DNA of 63,861 bases, filler included, from Octopus bimaculoides (GCF_001194135.2; 5 parts of 5 records of this genome joined end to end with filler, not necessarily neighbours in it); one strand, 5' to 3'. Positions 1 to 13,270 are shown, counted from the first letter of the whole stretch. Made by a program: numbers and translations. The notes: a model not told the origin generated them from the sequence alone.

Positions 1-240
1 TATATATATATATATATAGATATATATATAGGCATATTATCTATATACGTATGTGTATATGTATATATATATAGACAGAAACATAATGTGTGTGTATATC
101 TATACATATCAATATTACTAGACACAAACATATGTATGCATGTATATATAGGCATACGCACACGCACACACACACACATATGTACAGACATATATGATGT
201 GTGCGTGTGAATACGTGAGTGTGTGAGGAGCAAAATAACA
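1..240. repeat. Compound (TA)n/(CA)n/(TG)n microsatellite
   Basis: Dinucleotide runs visible directly; ORF 41..277 is their translation. Confidence 0.9.
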
Positions 241-1289
241 ATAGCAACCATGACTGCAGTAGCAATAACAAGAACAAACAATGGAATTAATAACACTGTA
301 GAAAATAGCTGTAATGATAAAATATCCCTATTGTATTCTCTGCTTCTCGCTTTTGAATGACACTCCATTACGAAAGCTGATAAATCTTCTGAAGAACCAT
401 GAAATCATTTTCCATTGAAGCATACCTACATACATGCATGCATACATACACACGCGCGCGCGAGCACGTGTATATACATATGGGTATGCGTGTGTGTGTC
501 TGAGTGTATAAGTTCATATATATATGTGAATGTAACCACCAACTTAATCAAAATCTTTTTCTCCTTGGTAAGACGCCATTTCTCATCTACACATAAGTAA
601 TACAATAAACTCTACAACGCTAATAACATTAAGATCAGCTAGTTTTGTCTGGATAACATCGATTTTTAGATCTCGCACCACTACCTAACAGATGCATCCA
701 GACAGTTTTCACTCCAAGAACCAATTTTACGAATAGAGGAACCCCGTAGTCTGCCTGCTTGGAAAAATGCACCTATCCGTAATGATGAGATAAAGAGCAA
801 CTATAACTCAACCAAATTCCAATGATATCGAAGAAAATTGTACAAGACTCAACTGAAATGTATTCAACAGATGATACACGCAGTATTTATACTTATTCAG
901 ATCGTAGGGAAACTTACTTTGATCTCTTGGCTTCAATTCGTTTCAAAAGCCAGGGATAGCAATTATGAATATGTTTTAATAACAAAGCCTTGTGAGTACG
1001 ATCATTCTACATAATAATGGTGTATGAATGTTTAGGTTATATTTCAATGAGACGTTTCATATCCTGAAAGAACCAGTGAAGACATTAATCGGGAGAACTG
1101 GGGTACTAGATATTTTCCATCGCCAAGATTTAGTTTTCCTAATAAACAGATTTACCAATGCACATAATTTTTGATATGCACGATGGTTCAGTTATGTACA
1201 CCAGGTATGACTTATAAACGTTATAGAGCAGTTACCTATGACACATGCACATCATATTTCAGAATTTTCACATACACTGTCTGATCAAA

Positions 1290-1440
1290 AACCAACGGCT
1301 GCAAGAACATTAACTGTATAAACAACAAGCAGGTGTATTAGCTTGATGCTCAGAAAGGTGAGAAAGTCTTTTACCTTTTGAGCCTACACTCTTCAACAGA
1401 GAAGGTACATGAGGAAATAAACAGAGAGAGAATAAAAAAC
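1290..1440 (-). mobile_element. Decayed Penelope-derived non-coding repeat fragment
   Basis: gtgtattagcttgatgctc...gaaagtcttttaccttttgagcctacactcttcaacaga is a diverged homolog of 28960-29030 and 56704-56745. Confidence 0.6.
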
Positions 1441-2054
1441 TTTTGGAGTTAGCAGGTATATATATATATATATATATATATACGTGTGTGTGTGTACTTA
1501 CACAGACTTTTTTTAAATTTGGAAAATTAATAAGGCAACTAATCGTTTCCTGTGGAAGAGATGTCCACAATTATTTAAGTGGACTACTTGGAAATAGTTT
1601 CCAATATTGTTTCCATATGAAACCACTGATTACCTTTTTAATCCACAAATAAGGAATATTTATCCTTCTATGTGGTGTCGAGCATTCTTTCTCACTATTT
1701 TATACTAGTGTGTGTGTGTGTCTGTGTGTGCACACATGTGTGTGTACACATACACAGATAGGTACATGCACACACATGCACATACACATAAACATTATTG
1801 GAGGCTTTAAAAACTTTACACCAAGGTTCTCGTTTCTGATCGTCAGGCAATAAAGCAATATATGACATAAGGAAGCTATCTAAAGATAAATAGAAATGAT
1901 ATTTAGAGGACAAATTATATATTGATGGAATAAAATTGGCCCCAAAAATATGTGATAAAAATAAATCCTGCTCCATAGGGAGCAGATCAGTGCAAAATAA
2001 TATATGAAACCTTTTAATTCGCTATTTTTTTAGTATATACTTTTAAGATTTTAT

Positions 2055-2278
2055 CTTCTACTTTTTACTTGTTTCACTCATTAGACTATGGCCATGCTGG
2101 AGCACCATCTTGAAGAATTTTAACCCTTTAACTATTAATTCTTTAAAGCATGCTATTAATTTTATTGGTTTTTTTTACTGAATCTGTAAATTACACAATG
2201 TAAACATACCAACACTGAATGTCAGCCACTGTTGCTGGACACCCCCCCCGCGCGCCCGCACACACACACACACACACA

Positions 2279-2339
<61 letters not shown>

Positions 2340-2510
2340 ATATATACACACGGTAGACTTTTTTCAGTTTCCATCTACCAAATCCACTCATGAGGCCTTG
2401 GTCGGTTTGAAGCTATAGTAGAAGACTCTTAACCAAAGCATCACAGTGGGACTGAACCCGGATCCATATGGTTGGGAACCAGACTCCTTACCACATAGCC
2501 ATACCTGCAT
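2055..2510 (-). mobile_element. tRNA-derived SINE, family A, CpG-decayed
   Basis: Reverse complement of the family at 43913-44320, including the internal (CA)n; CpG sites converted (tgcgg>tatgg, ttccgtc>ttccatc). Confidence 0.85.
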
Positions 2511-3522
2511 TTTTAAACAAAATTTTTAACAATCTTATGTATATTTTAAACTGATGCTTTCCATGGCAGTACATAACCACCATAACCTTAAGCAGTCAAT
2601 TTTGTTTTTTGATCTTGCCATTAATATTTTCGGTTTTTTTTCTTTTGTTGATTTTGCTGCTGCTGCTGCTGGTGTTGTTCTTACTCTTGTCTTTCCTTCC
2701 TTCCTTTCTTTCTTTCTTCACTTCAGTTTTCTTTTCAATCAACTCTTTCTGTTCTCTATTGTTTTTCTAAACTCTTTCTCTCTCTCTCTCTTCATTCCTC
2801 TTGACCTGCTCTGTTTTCTTACATTTTCAACTGCCTTTTTGTTTACTATTTCCTCCTTATCTTCATCCTCCCTTTTCCCCCCTCCTTCTCTTAGATCAAC
2901 CTTTCCTCCTTTCTTTCTCTTATGTAATTTATATTACTTTAAACAAGATACCTTCATTTCGAATATGTCTTGTGACCATCTTAAAATTATCTTTCCAGTG
3001 TTTTATTTTTCATAGTTGTCAAGTGTGTGTGTGTGTGTGTGTGTGCAAATATACACACGTATGCATGTAGGCACACACAAAGTTTGGAGATATGGCAAGT
3101 GATTTGATCTGAGGCCATGAGATGAAACTAATGCGGTTACTGTGTGGAAGCCACATATTAGCCATTCATAAACACAAAATCTAACTTCACTTAATCATTT
3201 ATTATTCTGTGTCAAAATTGTCATCATGCTACCTGCAACCTCTTCACTAACACTCTTACATTGCAACTACTGTGAGATAAGACTTAGCTAGTAGGTATAG
3301 GCTTCAGGGTTTTAAATAAAAAATGTCTCTCATCTATATATGTTAGGCATTCTGATTGTCATCAGTTGGTGTTCATAGTAGGCTAGTTAATTTGGCTTTT
3401 GGCTGAAATTCACATACACTCTCTCTCTGTGTCTTTCTCCCTGTTTCTCTGTCTACCTGTCTGTCTGTCTTTCTCTCTTTTTCTGTCTCCACCCTCTCTC
3501 TCTCCCTTTCTTCTCTTAGTAG

Positions 3523-3626
3523 GAGCACTTTTGGCATTATACAGCAGAGCAGAACCAGGAATTCATTACTTCAAAGAAGAGAATCTATCAGTCTATGATC
3601 ATAGATCAGAGACAATAGCAAGAATG
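3523..3626 (+). CDS. Candidate internal coding exon of an unidentified gene: (G)ALLALYSRAEPGIHYFKEENLSVYDHRSETIARM
   Basis: Long polypyrimidine tract with tandem TAG/TAG acceptor (exon start 3520 or 3523); donor ATG|gttagc; only one of three frames is open; non-repetitive sequence. Protein not recognised. Confidence 0.5.
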
Positions 3627-4547
3627 GTTAGCACAAACTATATAAGGAGATGGTGGTGGGGAGGGTAGCACAATTGTACAATTGTGCTACTACTACCACC
3701 CCACCCCCCGTCCTTATGTACAATTGTACTATACCATTCCCAGGTATTTTCTCTGTCCCTGGACTTAAAGGTGCAAAGACATCTAAGATTGGCATTTCAT
3801 GGAACATTAATGGAAGTACCTAATACGAAGCTTCAAGGGGCTTGGCTTAAACGTGACTTTCACCACAAATCTAACCACAGTCTCCTTATATATTATTCCA
3901 CACTTCTTGGACTTCTGTTCTTTTCTTTCTCCTTCCCTAAACGTATCCTGTTTGCCTTTTTTTTTCTACTTTCTCTCTTTACTTCCTTTATTCTTGTATT
4001 TTTACTGTCTCTCTCCTTTATTTTTCTCTCTTAACTGTGATCATCCAGTTTTCATTCCATTCAGCACTCTCCCCACCATACCACCACCACTCCACTCCAC
4101 CAATACTGCAAAGAAAGAAATTTCTTTACTTGCAACGTTTGTATATTCTATACTTATTTTCTGTTTCTTTCTCATTTCTTCTCTTTCTCAGCTTTTCTTT
4201 CCCCCTTACTTTCTCCTTCCTTTTTACTTCTATTTTTTCTTCTTCTTCCTTCTATTTTTGTTTCTTTCCCTCTTTAACTTTTTTCTATTTTCTTCTCTAT
4301 TCTTGTGTTTCTTAAGCTTTTCTTTTCTCATTTTTTTTAGAACTTTCTTCTTTCTTCATCACCCTCTCTCTCTCTCTCTCTTTCCCTCCTTTCTTTCATT
4401 CTTTCTTTCTTTCTTTCATTTCTTCCTTCCTGTTCTACCATACAACACCGACTTGATTCCTTATTTATCTTCTATTTATAGTCTGATGTAATTACCAGAT
4501 ATTGCAATGCTGACCACCTTAGCCTATGATCTTCCATTCTCCTTCAG

Positions 4548-4592
4548 AAATTATTAAATACATCAATAGCAGAATATTGGTTCATGGAGATG
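4548..4592 (+). CDS. Candidate 45-nt exon: KLLNTSIAEYWFMEM
   Basis: Branch-like gctgac plus cttccattctccttcag acceptor; phase 0 fits the preceding candidate exon; donor ATG|gttgac is weak. Confidence 0.3.
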
Positions 4593-4629
4593 GTTGACAG
4601 CTTTCACTTGCAATGCCTTCTTTGGAGTC

Positions 4630-4651
4630 CAACAACCACAACAACAACAAT

Positions 4652-4688
<37 letters not shown>

Positions 4689-4715
4689 GCAGCAGCAGCA
4701 GCAGCAGCAGCAGTG
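4630..4715. repeat. (ACA)n(GCA)n trinucleotide microsatellite
   Basis: Seen directly. Confidence 0.9.
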
Positions 4716-4969
4716 ATAACATTAACAACATCAACTGTTTTTCTCTATCAAAGTATTACTGCAGATAAGTTAAATCCTGGATGGGGGAATATTAATAGAT
4801 GGTATTGCCAAATATGTTTCACAAGTGAATCCAAAGACCTAGTCTTCACTAATGTAGCAGTACTAAAAATAATATTGATTTCTAACATAAGTAGAAGGCA
4901 GCACATTTTGTAGCTAAATATCAAAAGTAAAAAAAAAAAAAAACCCACTTTCAGCACCCAAATTTGAGT

Positions 4970-5235
4970 GGCATATGAAGGTAATCGGCCTAGTGGTTAA
5001 GGTTGTGAAATCGTTATTTGAAGGTTGTGGGTTCAATTCACAGACACAATGGTACATTGTGTTCTTGGAGAAAAGCTTTTCACTTTGATGTTGCAATTTT
5101 CTCAGCTGTACATATTTGCCAGTAGCTGGAGATTAACATTTTGATGGACTGATATTTTATCCATGGGAATTCTTGTACTCTCATTCACATAATGCAGTAG
5201 AAACCAGGATAAGCTCTGGAATAATGAGCTTTCAG
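4970..5235 (+). mobile_element. tRNA-derived SINE, family D, decayed
   Basis: A box (ggcctagtggttaagg) and B box (gggttcaattc); similar to 24945-25245. Confidence 0.6.
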
Positions 5236-5544
5236 ATACACAACACTAATTTTTTTTTTTTCTTTTTGATTGGTACTTTCATTTATCAATCATGTGATTC
5301 AGCTCTAGTAGGATTTGAGCTATTTTGTTCACTATCCTACTAATATTTCTCTTCTATCATTCTGATGCTAAGACTAATATTAATAAGAATGATTCCTAAT
5401 TTTAGCAAGAGAGTACAAATAGTAGAGAGGTGAGTATGTGGCTGGCATGACCTTCTAAATAAAAGAGTCATCAATAAGTTTTTCAGCAAGTATGCTGACA
5501 CTGGAAGTTGCTAATAAACACTTCTGATTGTCTCAATATTTTCA

Positions 5545-5646
5545 TTCCCCCTCCTCCTCCTCCTCCTCCTCTTCATCGTCACTGTCGTAGTCATCGTTGT
5601 CATCATCATCACCACCACCGCCGCCACCACCACCACCACCACCATC

Positions 5647-5678
<32 letters not shown>

Positions 5679-5697
5679 CCATCATCACCATCATCAC

Positions 5698-5747
<50 letters not shown>

Positions 5748-5765
5748 GCATCATCATCATCATCG
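5545..5765. repeat. (CCT)n/(CAC)n/(CAT)n compound microsatellite
   Basis: Seen directly. Confidence 0.9.
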
Positions 5766-7610
5766 CTTTGGCATCAACTTTTCCATGCTTGCTAGCTTGT
5801 TTGACCTTTGGAGAATTTTTCACTGTTGGATATCATTTCCAACACCAACTCTCTCAGCTGATTCCAAGCAAGGTATCTATCCTTCAGTCTACTGAACAAA
5901 TGAATCACCAGGATAATTATGCAAGAAACTGGAAACCAATTACGAGCAAATTTAATATGAACAATGAGACATTTGTCTGCAAGTGTGACCCCCATAAGTC
6001 AGAGTGGCAGTTCCAGCAAACCTCTCTTGCCATCCTCCATGGCAACATCTTTTCCATTTTGTCTGCTGAGGCCATTGCACATTCCACTCCATAATGACAA
6101 AGTACAAGTTTAAACCTCTAGAAAGATTTCTTTTTGTAACATTAAATCCAGCCTTAACTAATGTCTTGTTTCTATATACAAGACACTTGCACAGTTAATT
6201 TTGGATTTCTGTACTCAGCTGTAATAAGCAAGTCACTGTTGTCATATTATTTGTTTACAATCAACCAACATACGAGAAGAAGGGAGAAAAATACATACAA
6301 ATTCACTGACATAAGCACATCATTAACAAGTGACCTAGGTGAGAGAGAGTGAAGACTGAACGTAGCCATGTCCCACGTTGTCCTTCATCACTTGTGCAGT
6401 CTCTCTTTTCTTCTCTTGAATCTCTAACTGGTGATTGAAGGAGAAGGTTGTTCACTTCGTAAATACACCTGCTGTGAGTGCTGCTGAAAGATGGACCCTG
6501 GTAATAATTTTATTCCACACTTTCCAATTCATGGCACTGCCCTTAACATGCTTGAGGTCAATTGCATTTCTCATGCAACCACCTTCACCAGAGCCAATTT
6601 GTATATACCTCATATATTTTCAACACCCTGCATGTATTTCAGTCAGGTGTGATTGCTAGTGGTTCCAATGTAGCCAGTGATACCTGTAAAGTTTATCTTG
6701 AGCTGCCAGAACTCCCCAAAGACACATAAGAAATTCTGAAGTTCCCTGACCTGAAAGTAATCCAACAAAACTATGCAAACTCTGCTTGTTGACACTAAGA
6801 ATCAATAGCAGATATGAGGAGCAGGAAACGTGAATTCATTATAGTGGTATTAGTGAATATCAAGGAAAATAGGCTGAAAGGATGTTGTCTCCTCCAGGTA
6901 GTTATAAAGCATTTGAAGCATATTTGAAAGTGAAAGATTAAATGGAAGCTTCTGACAATGCTGTCGTCTTTCCCAAAGACATTAGTAGTGTGTTGTTGTA
7001 AGTGAAGTGAAAACATCTTCCACTTAGAAATGAAGAAAGAAAATAATCCTACCGACCAACAAGCCAACCTACAAGCCAACCTACAAGCCAACCAACAATG
7101 TCTATAGAACTCAGAACAATCATGCTGCGACACTCTAAAATCTGTAAATACTTCCTTATGGATAAAACAACAAAAACTAAGCCAGTAACTACGCACATGC
7201 AGAACACACAACAGCCCATTTCTGCATGGATTGATACATCCCAGAATGTACCCAAGAATTACACCATTGTGTGAGTGGAGAATGTAGGGAGTGAGGGAAT
7301 AGGATTGGGGTGTTGGTCAGAAAGATTTTGGATATCGGTTACATTGTTTGTTAATATTATCCAATATACCATGAATTATCGGTTTATCTATTATATAGGC
7401 ATATGCTAACAAGAAGCATATGCATTTTCTGCACATTTGCACACCATAATTGGCAAACTGCCACAAACAACATACTAAAAACAATGATTTACCTATACTT
7501 TACGTGTGCATATATGTGTGTATGCATGTGTGAATATATTTGTTGTGTGTGTGTGTGTGAATATGCATATGCTATGCATATATATTTGAAAGTGTATATA
7601 TGGCTGCATG

Positions 7611-7643
<33 letters not shown>

Positions 7644-8451
7644 ATGTGCGTTAATATATATCTATATATGGGCAGAGATCACAGCTCCTCTTTGTATATA
7701 GATATATGACATTTATCTTCTGTCATTGTTTCCCCCCCCTCTCTCTCCTTATCTCTCTACCTCTCTATTTCTCTTTCTGCAACACCCATTCTCTCACAAA
7801 TGAATATCATAATCATTTTATCACAAGTGTGGTACTACTATCTATTGTTGAAGTTAGAATTATTAATATCCAGATATGGATTTTCTCTTCGTTCTCGACA
7901 GGCAATTGTCTCAGGATCTATCCTTCCACTCGATGCCTAAATATGGTTTTAATTTCAAATTGGTATCTCACAATTTTTGATTAATAAAAGCTGTTGTGTA
8001 TAAAAGTATTAATCCTAAGTTCTAAATAGTATACACTGATCAACTATTTGTTTCTTGTACTCAGTGCCAAATATATATACGTCTGAAATGAAATAAAGGC
8101 ACTGCACCTGAACTCTTTCTTGGGTCTCCAAGATTGATGAGGCTGGTGTCTTTTAGCACCAAGTTATCACTAACTGAGCTAACCTGTCCTCAAAGATGTT
8201 CAAGGGGAGACAATCACATCTTTTTTTTCTGACATGTGTACCTAATAAGTCCTTCTTTTCTAGATAGGATAACGTATGATTGGGACAGATTTGGTTAATA
8301 TTTCTAGCAAATAGAATGATAATCTAGTGACTCCTTTGTTGGTTCATGGGATGGTAGTGGTGATGGTCGAGTAATTGCTATTGTTGTTTAACCCCAAGTC
8401 TGCCTTGGTGGAAGTGTTCCAACCAGAAATCTCCATTTTCCTTCAAACATA

Positions 8452-9235
8452 GTGAATATCAAGGACTGTATTATATTATCCCTGAGGCCATCAACTTTCC
8501 TGCAGATGAAACAACCTTGGCCTTATTTAGATCAGGTGAAGAGGGATGTTTCCACAGAATGGATTGTCTCTTTGTCACTGGCTCAAAGTGATGAAGCCAA
8601 CACTCATCCTGGCTCAGAAAACGTTCAAGGAAACCAGCTAGAACTGCCTTGGATAAAGTCAAATCTTCCCATGATGTGGTCAGATTTGTGTGCTTTCGAT
8701 CAGGTGTCAGAAGACATAGCACCCACTGGGTAGAAATCTTCCTTATGCCAAGTTCATTGTGCAGAATATTCTCAACTCTTTCTTAGGATATACTAATAGT
8801 ATTGGTTGTTTGATTTATTGAGCATTGCCTATCGTTCATCACCGTGTGGGGAACATGATCAGTGTTTTCCTTGCTAGAAGCAGTCGCAGGGTATCCAGAA
8901 CTTGGGTCAAATTCAAGACTCTCTCTTCCCATCCTCTATTCTGCTGTCCACTTTTGCACTGTTGATAAAGCAGGAGCATCATTCCTACTGTATCAAACAT
9001 GTCAGCATGAATGCTGTTGAGAGTTGAAGCCTTTTTCTGTTGGTACTTGATAACACTCAATGCCAAATTTTGTCCAATTTTAAGAGAAGTTGCTACATTT
9101 GAAGTCTTCTTTGACCAATCAAATCTTAATGTACGTGGAAATAAACAATGCAGTTATTAATAAAGAGATTTGAAATTAATGCATGCAAAATTTCACAGCT
9201 CTAGCATCACTTCTTTCTATTCAGCCTTGGAAGAA
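8452..9235 (-). mobile_element. Decayed mariner (DD34D) transposon: 5' part and N-terminal half of the transposase
   Basis: Frameshift-corrected translation DKIW..VIKYQQKKG...IHADM...DAPALSTVQKW...GRESLEFDPSSG.PAT...VENILHNELGIRKISTQWVLCLLTPDRKH...QDECWLHHFEPVTKRQSILWKHPSSP..KAKVVSSAGKLMAS matches the mariner HTH, the WVPxxL-like motif and the first catalytic D region; several stops. Confidence 0.9.
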
Positions 9236-9529
9236 TAAGATATAAAGATGAAAGCCGAGAAAAGTAATAAATGATCTTTCATTTCCTTGTTATTCATTTA
9301 CATTTTGACCCTTTTACTTGATTCAGTCATTAAAATGTGACCACCTTAGAGCAATAGTTGAACAAACTGAAACCTGTATGTATTGTAAGCTTGTTACTTA
9401 TTCTAAAGGTCCGTTTGTTGAACTGCTAAGTTATGAGGACATAAAGAAACCAATACCAGCTGTTAAGCCGTGTGTTGACAAAACGAATACACAAATGCAT
9501 ATATATATATGTGAGCATATATATGTATA

Positions 9530-9581
<52 letters not shown>

Positions 9582-9628
9582 TATATATATATACACATNN
9601 NNNNNNNNACACACACACATATATATAT

Positions 9629-9673
<45 letters not shown>

Positions 9674-9687
9674 CACACAAACACACA

Positions 9688-10072
9688 TACAGGGTGCGGT
9701 GAATAAACTGTCATATAAGTTACACAAAAATGAAAATAACATGGATATCTCATTTTAACAGATATATTTAGCAAAATTGTATAAAATTATCTTGAAATGC
9801 TAAAGAGTAAATTTATTCAATAAAAGCATTATTGGTTTCAGCAGCAGCTCCAGATGACTTCAGAATCTCCTACAACTCTTCTGAATGGTTCCCTTGTTTA
9901 AGTTGGTGAATGCTATCACAAAACTTGCATTCGGTTCATCTTTGATGTTACAAGGAGTTTTGTTGGTCTCTCACTCAATGTGCCTCACACATAATGTTCC
10001 TGTTCATAACAGTTTAGATTGATGTTCTCAATCTAAATTGTCCGACAAAGTCAAATGTGAAACTCTGGGCAG

Positions 10073-10078
<6 letters not shown>
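9688..10078 (-). mobile_element. 3' end of a Tc1/mariner element, maT/DD37D-like
   Basis: Terminus TA|CAGGGTGCGGTGAATAAACTGTC; the minus strand gives a decayed C-terminus GTIQKSCRRF*SHLELLLKP resembling ETVQKACRRFRSRLEAVV of DD37D-type transposases (from recall). Confidence 0.65.
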
Positions 10079-10112
<34 letters not shown>

Positions 10113-10114
<2 letters not shown>

Positions 10115-10224
10115 AGCCTGGTGTTGCCATCCGGTTTCACCAGTCCTCAGTCAAATCGTCCAACCCATGCTAGCATGGAAAGCGGACGTTAAACGATGAT
10201 GATGATGATGATGATGATGATGAT
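10113..10224 (+). mobile_element. Young 5'-truncated RTE-type 3' tail element ending in (GAT)n
   Basis: Exact reverse complement of ~17865-17957; ends ...ggaaagcggacgttaaac(gat)n. Confidence 0.8.
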
Positions 10225-10226
10225 AT

Positions 10227-10258
<32 letters not shown>

Positions 10259-10712
10259 TATCATCATTGTTTAATGTCCGCTCTCAATGCTAGCATGGGT
10301 TGGACGATTTAGCTGAGAACTGGCAAACCAAATGGCTGCACCAGGCTCCAATCTGATCTGGCAGAGTTTCTACAGCTGGATGCCCTTCCTAACGCCAACC
10401 ACTCTGAGAGTGTAGTGGGTGCCTTTACGTGCCACCGGCACGAGGGCGAGTCTGGTGGTACTGGCAACGGCCACGCTCAAATGGTGATTTTTACGTGCCA
10501 CCAGCGACAATGGCAACCACCCCGCTTGAATGTTTTATTCACATACCAACGATCACGCTCAAATGGTGCTTTTTACATGCCACCAGCACGGAAGCCAGAC
10601 AGCTGCTCTGGCAGTGATCCCACTCGGATGGTGCTGTCAGCACTCCACTGGCACAGGTGCCAGTCATCGAATTTGGTTCAATTTCGATTTCACTTGCTCC
10701 AAACAGGTCTTC
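10227..10712 (-). mobile_element. Longer RTE-tail/SINE-like element with (GAT)n tail
   Basis: Same tail as 10113-10224 in the opposite orientation, followed by gatgcccttcctaacgccaaccac and repeated ttttacgtgccacc modules. Confidence 0.75.
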
Positions 10713-11444
10713 GCATATATAAATATATATACACACATATATATACATACATATACACACATATACACACACACACATGCATATATATATATATGCTACT
10801 CTAGAGACACTTCGGAGGAGTGCCATTTCAGCTACTTGTATTTATGATCATATTCTTCCAGTCATTACCCAACTTTCAATTTTGAATAACTAACTTAAAA
10901 ACAAGAAGTCAATTCAGAATTTAATAATGATCAGAAATTTTGATTTAACATGTTAGTAACTATATTTATAAGTAAAATACACCCCTCTGAGCTTTAATTT
11001 AATTCTAAAATAATTGTGGATTTAAAATGATTTTGTAAAACAGATTATTTTATTCATTAATATATTAAAATGATGTTTTGAAAACAATAAAAAAAAACAT
11101 CTCATAAATCAATTAAAGAACTAGTCTCAAAACTACCATTATTATAGGTAAAATCTGAAATAAAAAGTTATTGAATTTTGTTTAAATATTATCATATACA
11201 ATGCAATGTTATTTAATATATCATATAGTTTTTAAATGCCCAGTATTATGTTTATTGAAAAAATTTCTTAATAGCATCCATGCTGTTCTTCATTTCTTTT
11301 TTATGCTTTGCATTGCAATTAGTCTCTGCTGTTATTATAGGAAAATTGAAATAGAATAAATAAAATGAAATAGTCAATGAATTTTTGAGTTATGAAGCTC
11401 ACAAATTAGGTTCACTTTTTCAGAAAATTTTATAAGAGAAATAT

Positions 11445-11660
11445 TCTTTTCTACTCTAGACACAAGGCCCAAAATTGTTTGTCGAGGAGGTCAGTCAATT
11501 AGATCGACCCCAGTATGCAACTGGTACTTAATTTGTTGACCCCAAAAGGACGAAAGACACAGTCGACCTTGGCAGAATTTAAACTCAGAACGTAGTGATG
11601 GGTGAAATACCACTTAGCATTTTGTCCAGCGTGCTAATGATTCTGCCAGCTCACCTCCTT
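11445..11660 (-). mobile_element. SINE family B, decayed
   Basis: Reverse complement of 25521-25735 (gatcgaccccagt...gtcgaccttggcagaatttaaactcagaacgt). Confidence 0.8.
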
Positions 11661-12359
11661 TTTACAAGAGAAATATTATAAAAGCTTTCCCCCTGAATGG
11701 TCTTTACAATACTCATACATGCTGTATTATATGCATTTAATAAATGAAATGTGAGTTGTGAAAGCTGAAAGACTACTAAACACTGGTTGGTATGAGAGAG
11801 AGCGTGAAGTAAGAATTAGAGAGTGAGGCCATTGGTGTGATTGGTGGTCAGTGTAATAAATGGTGGAAGGAAGAGTTACCTATGTGGTGTCAATTAAATG
11901 TTCACATCTGAGATTTGAGGTTATCATCATAATCATCATCACCATTCTCACCGTTTAAAGTCTAGCTTTTATTCTGACAAGTTGTAGATCAGACAAGTTG
12001 TAGAGTTACATCATATTTCAGTACATCAAGAAGTGTAACACACACACACACACACACACACACCCATATGTGTATATTGTAACTGCTTAATCTCCACCTT
12101 TGTGTTAGGGTGCATTTTTTCAAGTGTGGATGGGCCTTCTGAAGCAGGATGTCTCCAATTAGTATTTACTGCCATCTGTTGCCTAACACTGCCAGTATCA
12201 TCACCACAAACCGCTACCGCTATTACTACCTTCACCTCATTTCATGATTAATAGTGGAAGCAATCATCCCCCGCAATCACAAACATTTAGCTTTCAATGT
12301 TTAATGCCCACCACTTTGACACAGTCCCATCTCTGTTATACTAAATCATATTCCTTCCA

Positions 12360-13270
12360 CCACAACCACAACCACAGGCACCATTGCCACCTCTGTCACC
12401 ACCACCACCACCACCACCTCTAGTAGCAAATAACCACAGTTATACTACATTCACAGCAACTTGTTGACTAACGATCATCAAAGCTATTGGAACTACCACC
12501 ACTACTCCAACACCACTATTACCTCTGCCATAACATCAGTGCAGTCATGATTACCACCATTCAACTGCTACCCATGCCATCACTGCCAGCACCAGAACAT
12601 CCAGATTGTATTACCATCACACTAAGCGGGACCTCATATCACTGTCAACACTACTAGCATCAGCACAGTACCACCACCACAGCCATCCCATCATGATGAC
12701 GACCACCACCACCATCACCACCACCATTATTACTACTACTTTTGCTATTACCATCACCTACAATACCACCACAATCATCACAACTTCTACTGTTACCACC
12801 ACTATCACCACAACCACTTCTACTACGACTACCACCATGACCAAACTACTATCATCAACACCACCTTCACTACCACAACCACCATACCATCACCACCACT
12901 ACCAACATGTCACCACCACCGCAACCACCACCACCACCACCACAAACACAAGTACAACACCAACACCACCACCAACACCATCACTATTACCACCATTACC
13001 GCTGCCCGTACCACGATCACCACCACACCACCAATAACAACACCAACATCATTATTACACCACCAACACCACCACAACCACTACTACCATCAATACACCA
13101 TCATTTTCAATATTCTCATTCTCATGACCATCTTCACTAATAGTGCTAACACCAATACCATTACCAATACCACTGATACCACCACCACTACCACCACCCA
13201 CACCATCACCACCACCACCACCACCAATGACAACAATGTAATCCTGATTTCTACACCATCACTGCCACAG
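12360..13270. repeat. Cryptic (ACC/ACT/CAT) low-complexity tract
   Basis: Seen directly; produces the poly-T/H/P pseudo-ORFs. Confidence 0.85.

Noticed and set aside
5508-6094. Poly-H/S/I/M/P ORFs (also 12.6-13.3, 48-51.9 and 53 kb) and YI/CV/HT-repeat ORFs throughout
   Set aside because: Translations of di- and trinucleotide microsatellites.
7874-7990. Possible exon or terminal exon (YGFSLRSRQAIVSGSILPLDA* plus AATAAA)
   Set aside because: Several frames and acceptors are equally possible and the donor is weak; it cannot be supported without transcripts.
8452-8733. Plus-strand 93-aa ORF and minus-strand ORF 8839..9066 as host exons
   Set aside because: They are the antisense and off-frame readings of the decayed mariner transposase.
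9225-9263. 39-nt exon-like segment LGRIRYKDESREK with a good acceptor
   Set aside because: The acceptor lies in the reverse-complemented 5' end of the mariner element, there is no compatible neighbouring exon, and the donor is weak.
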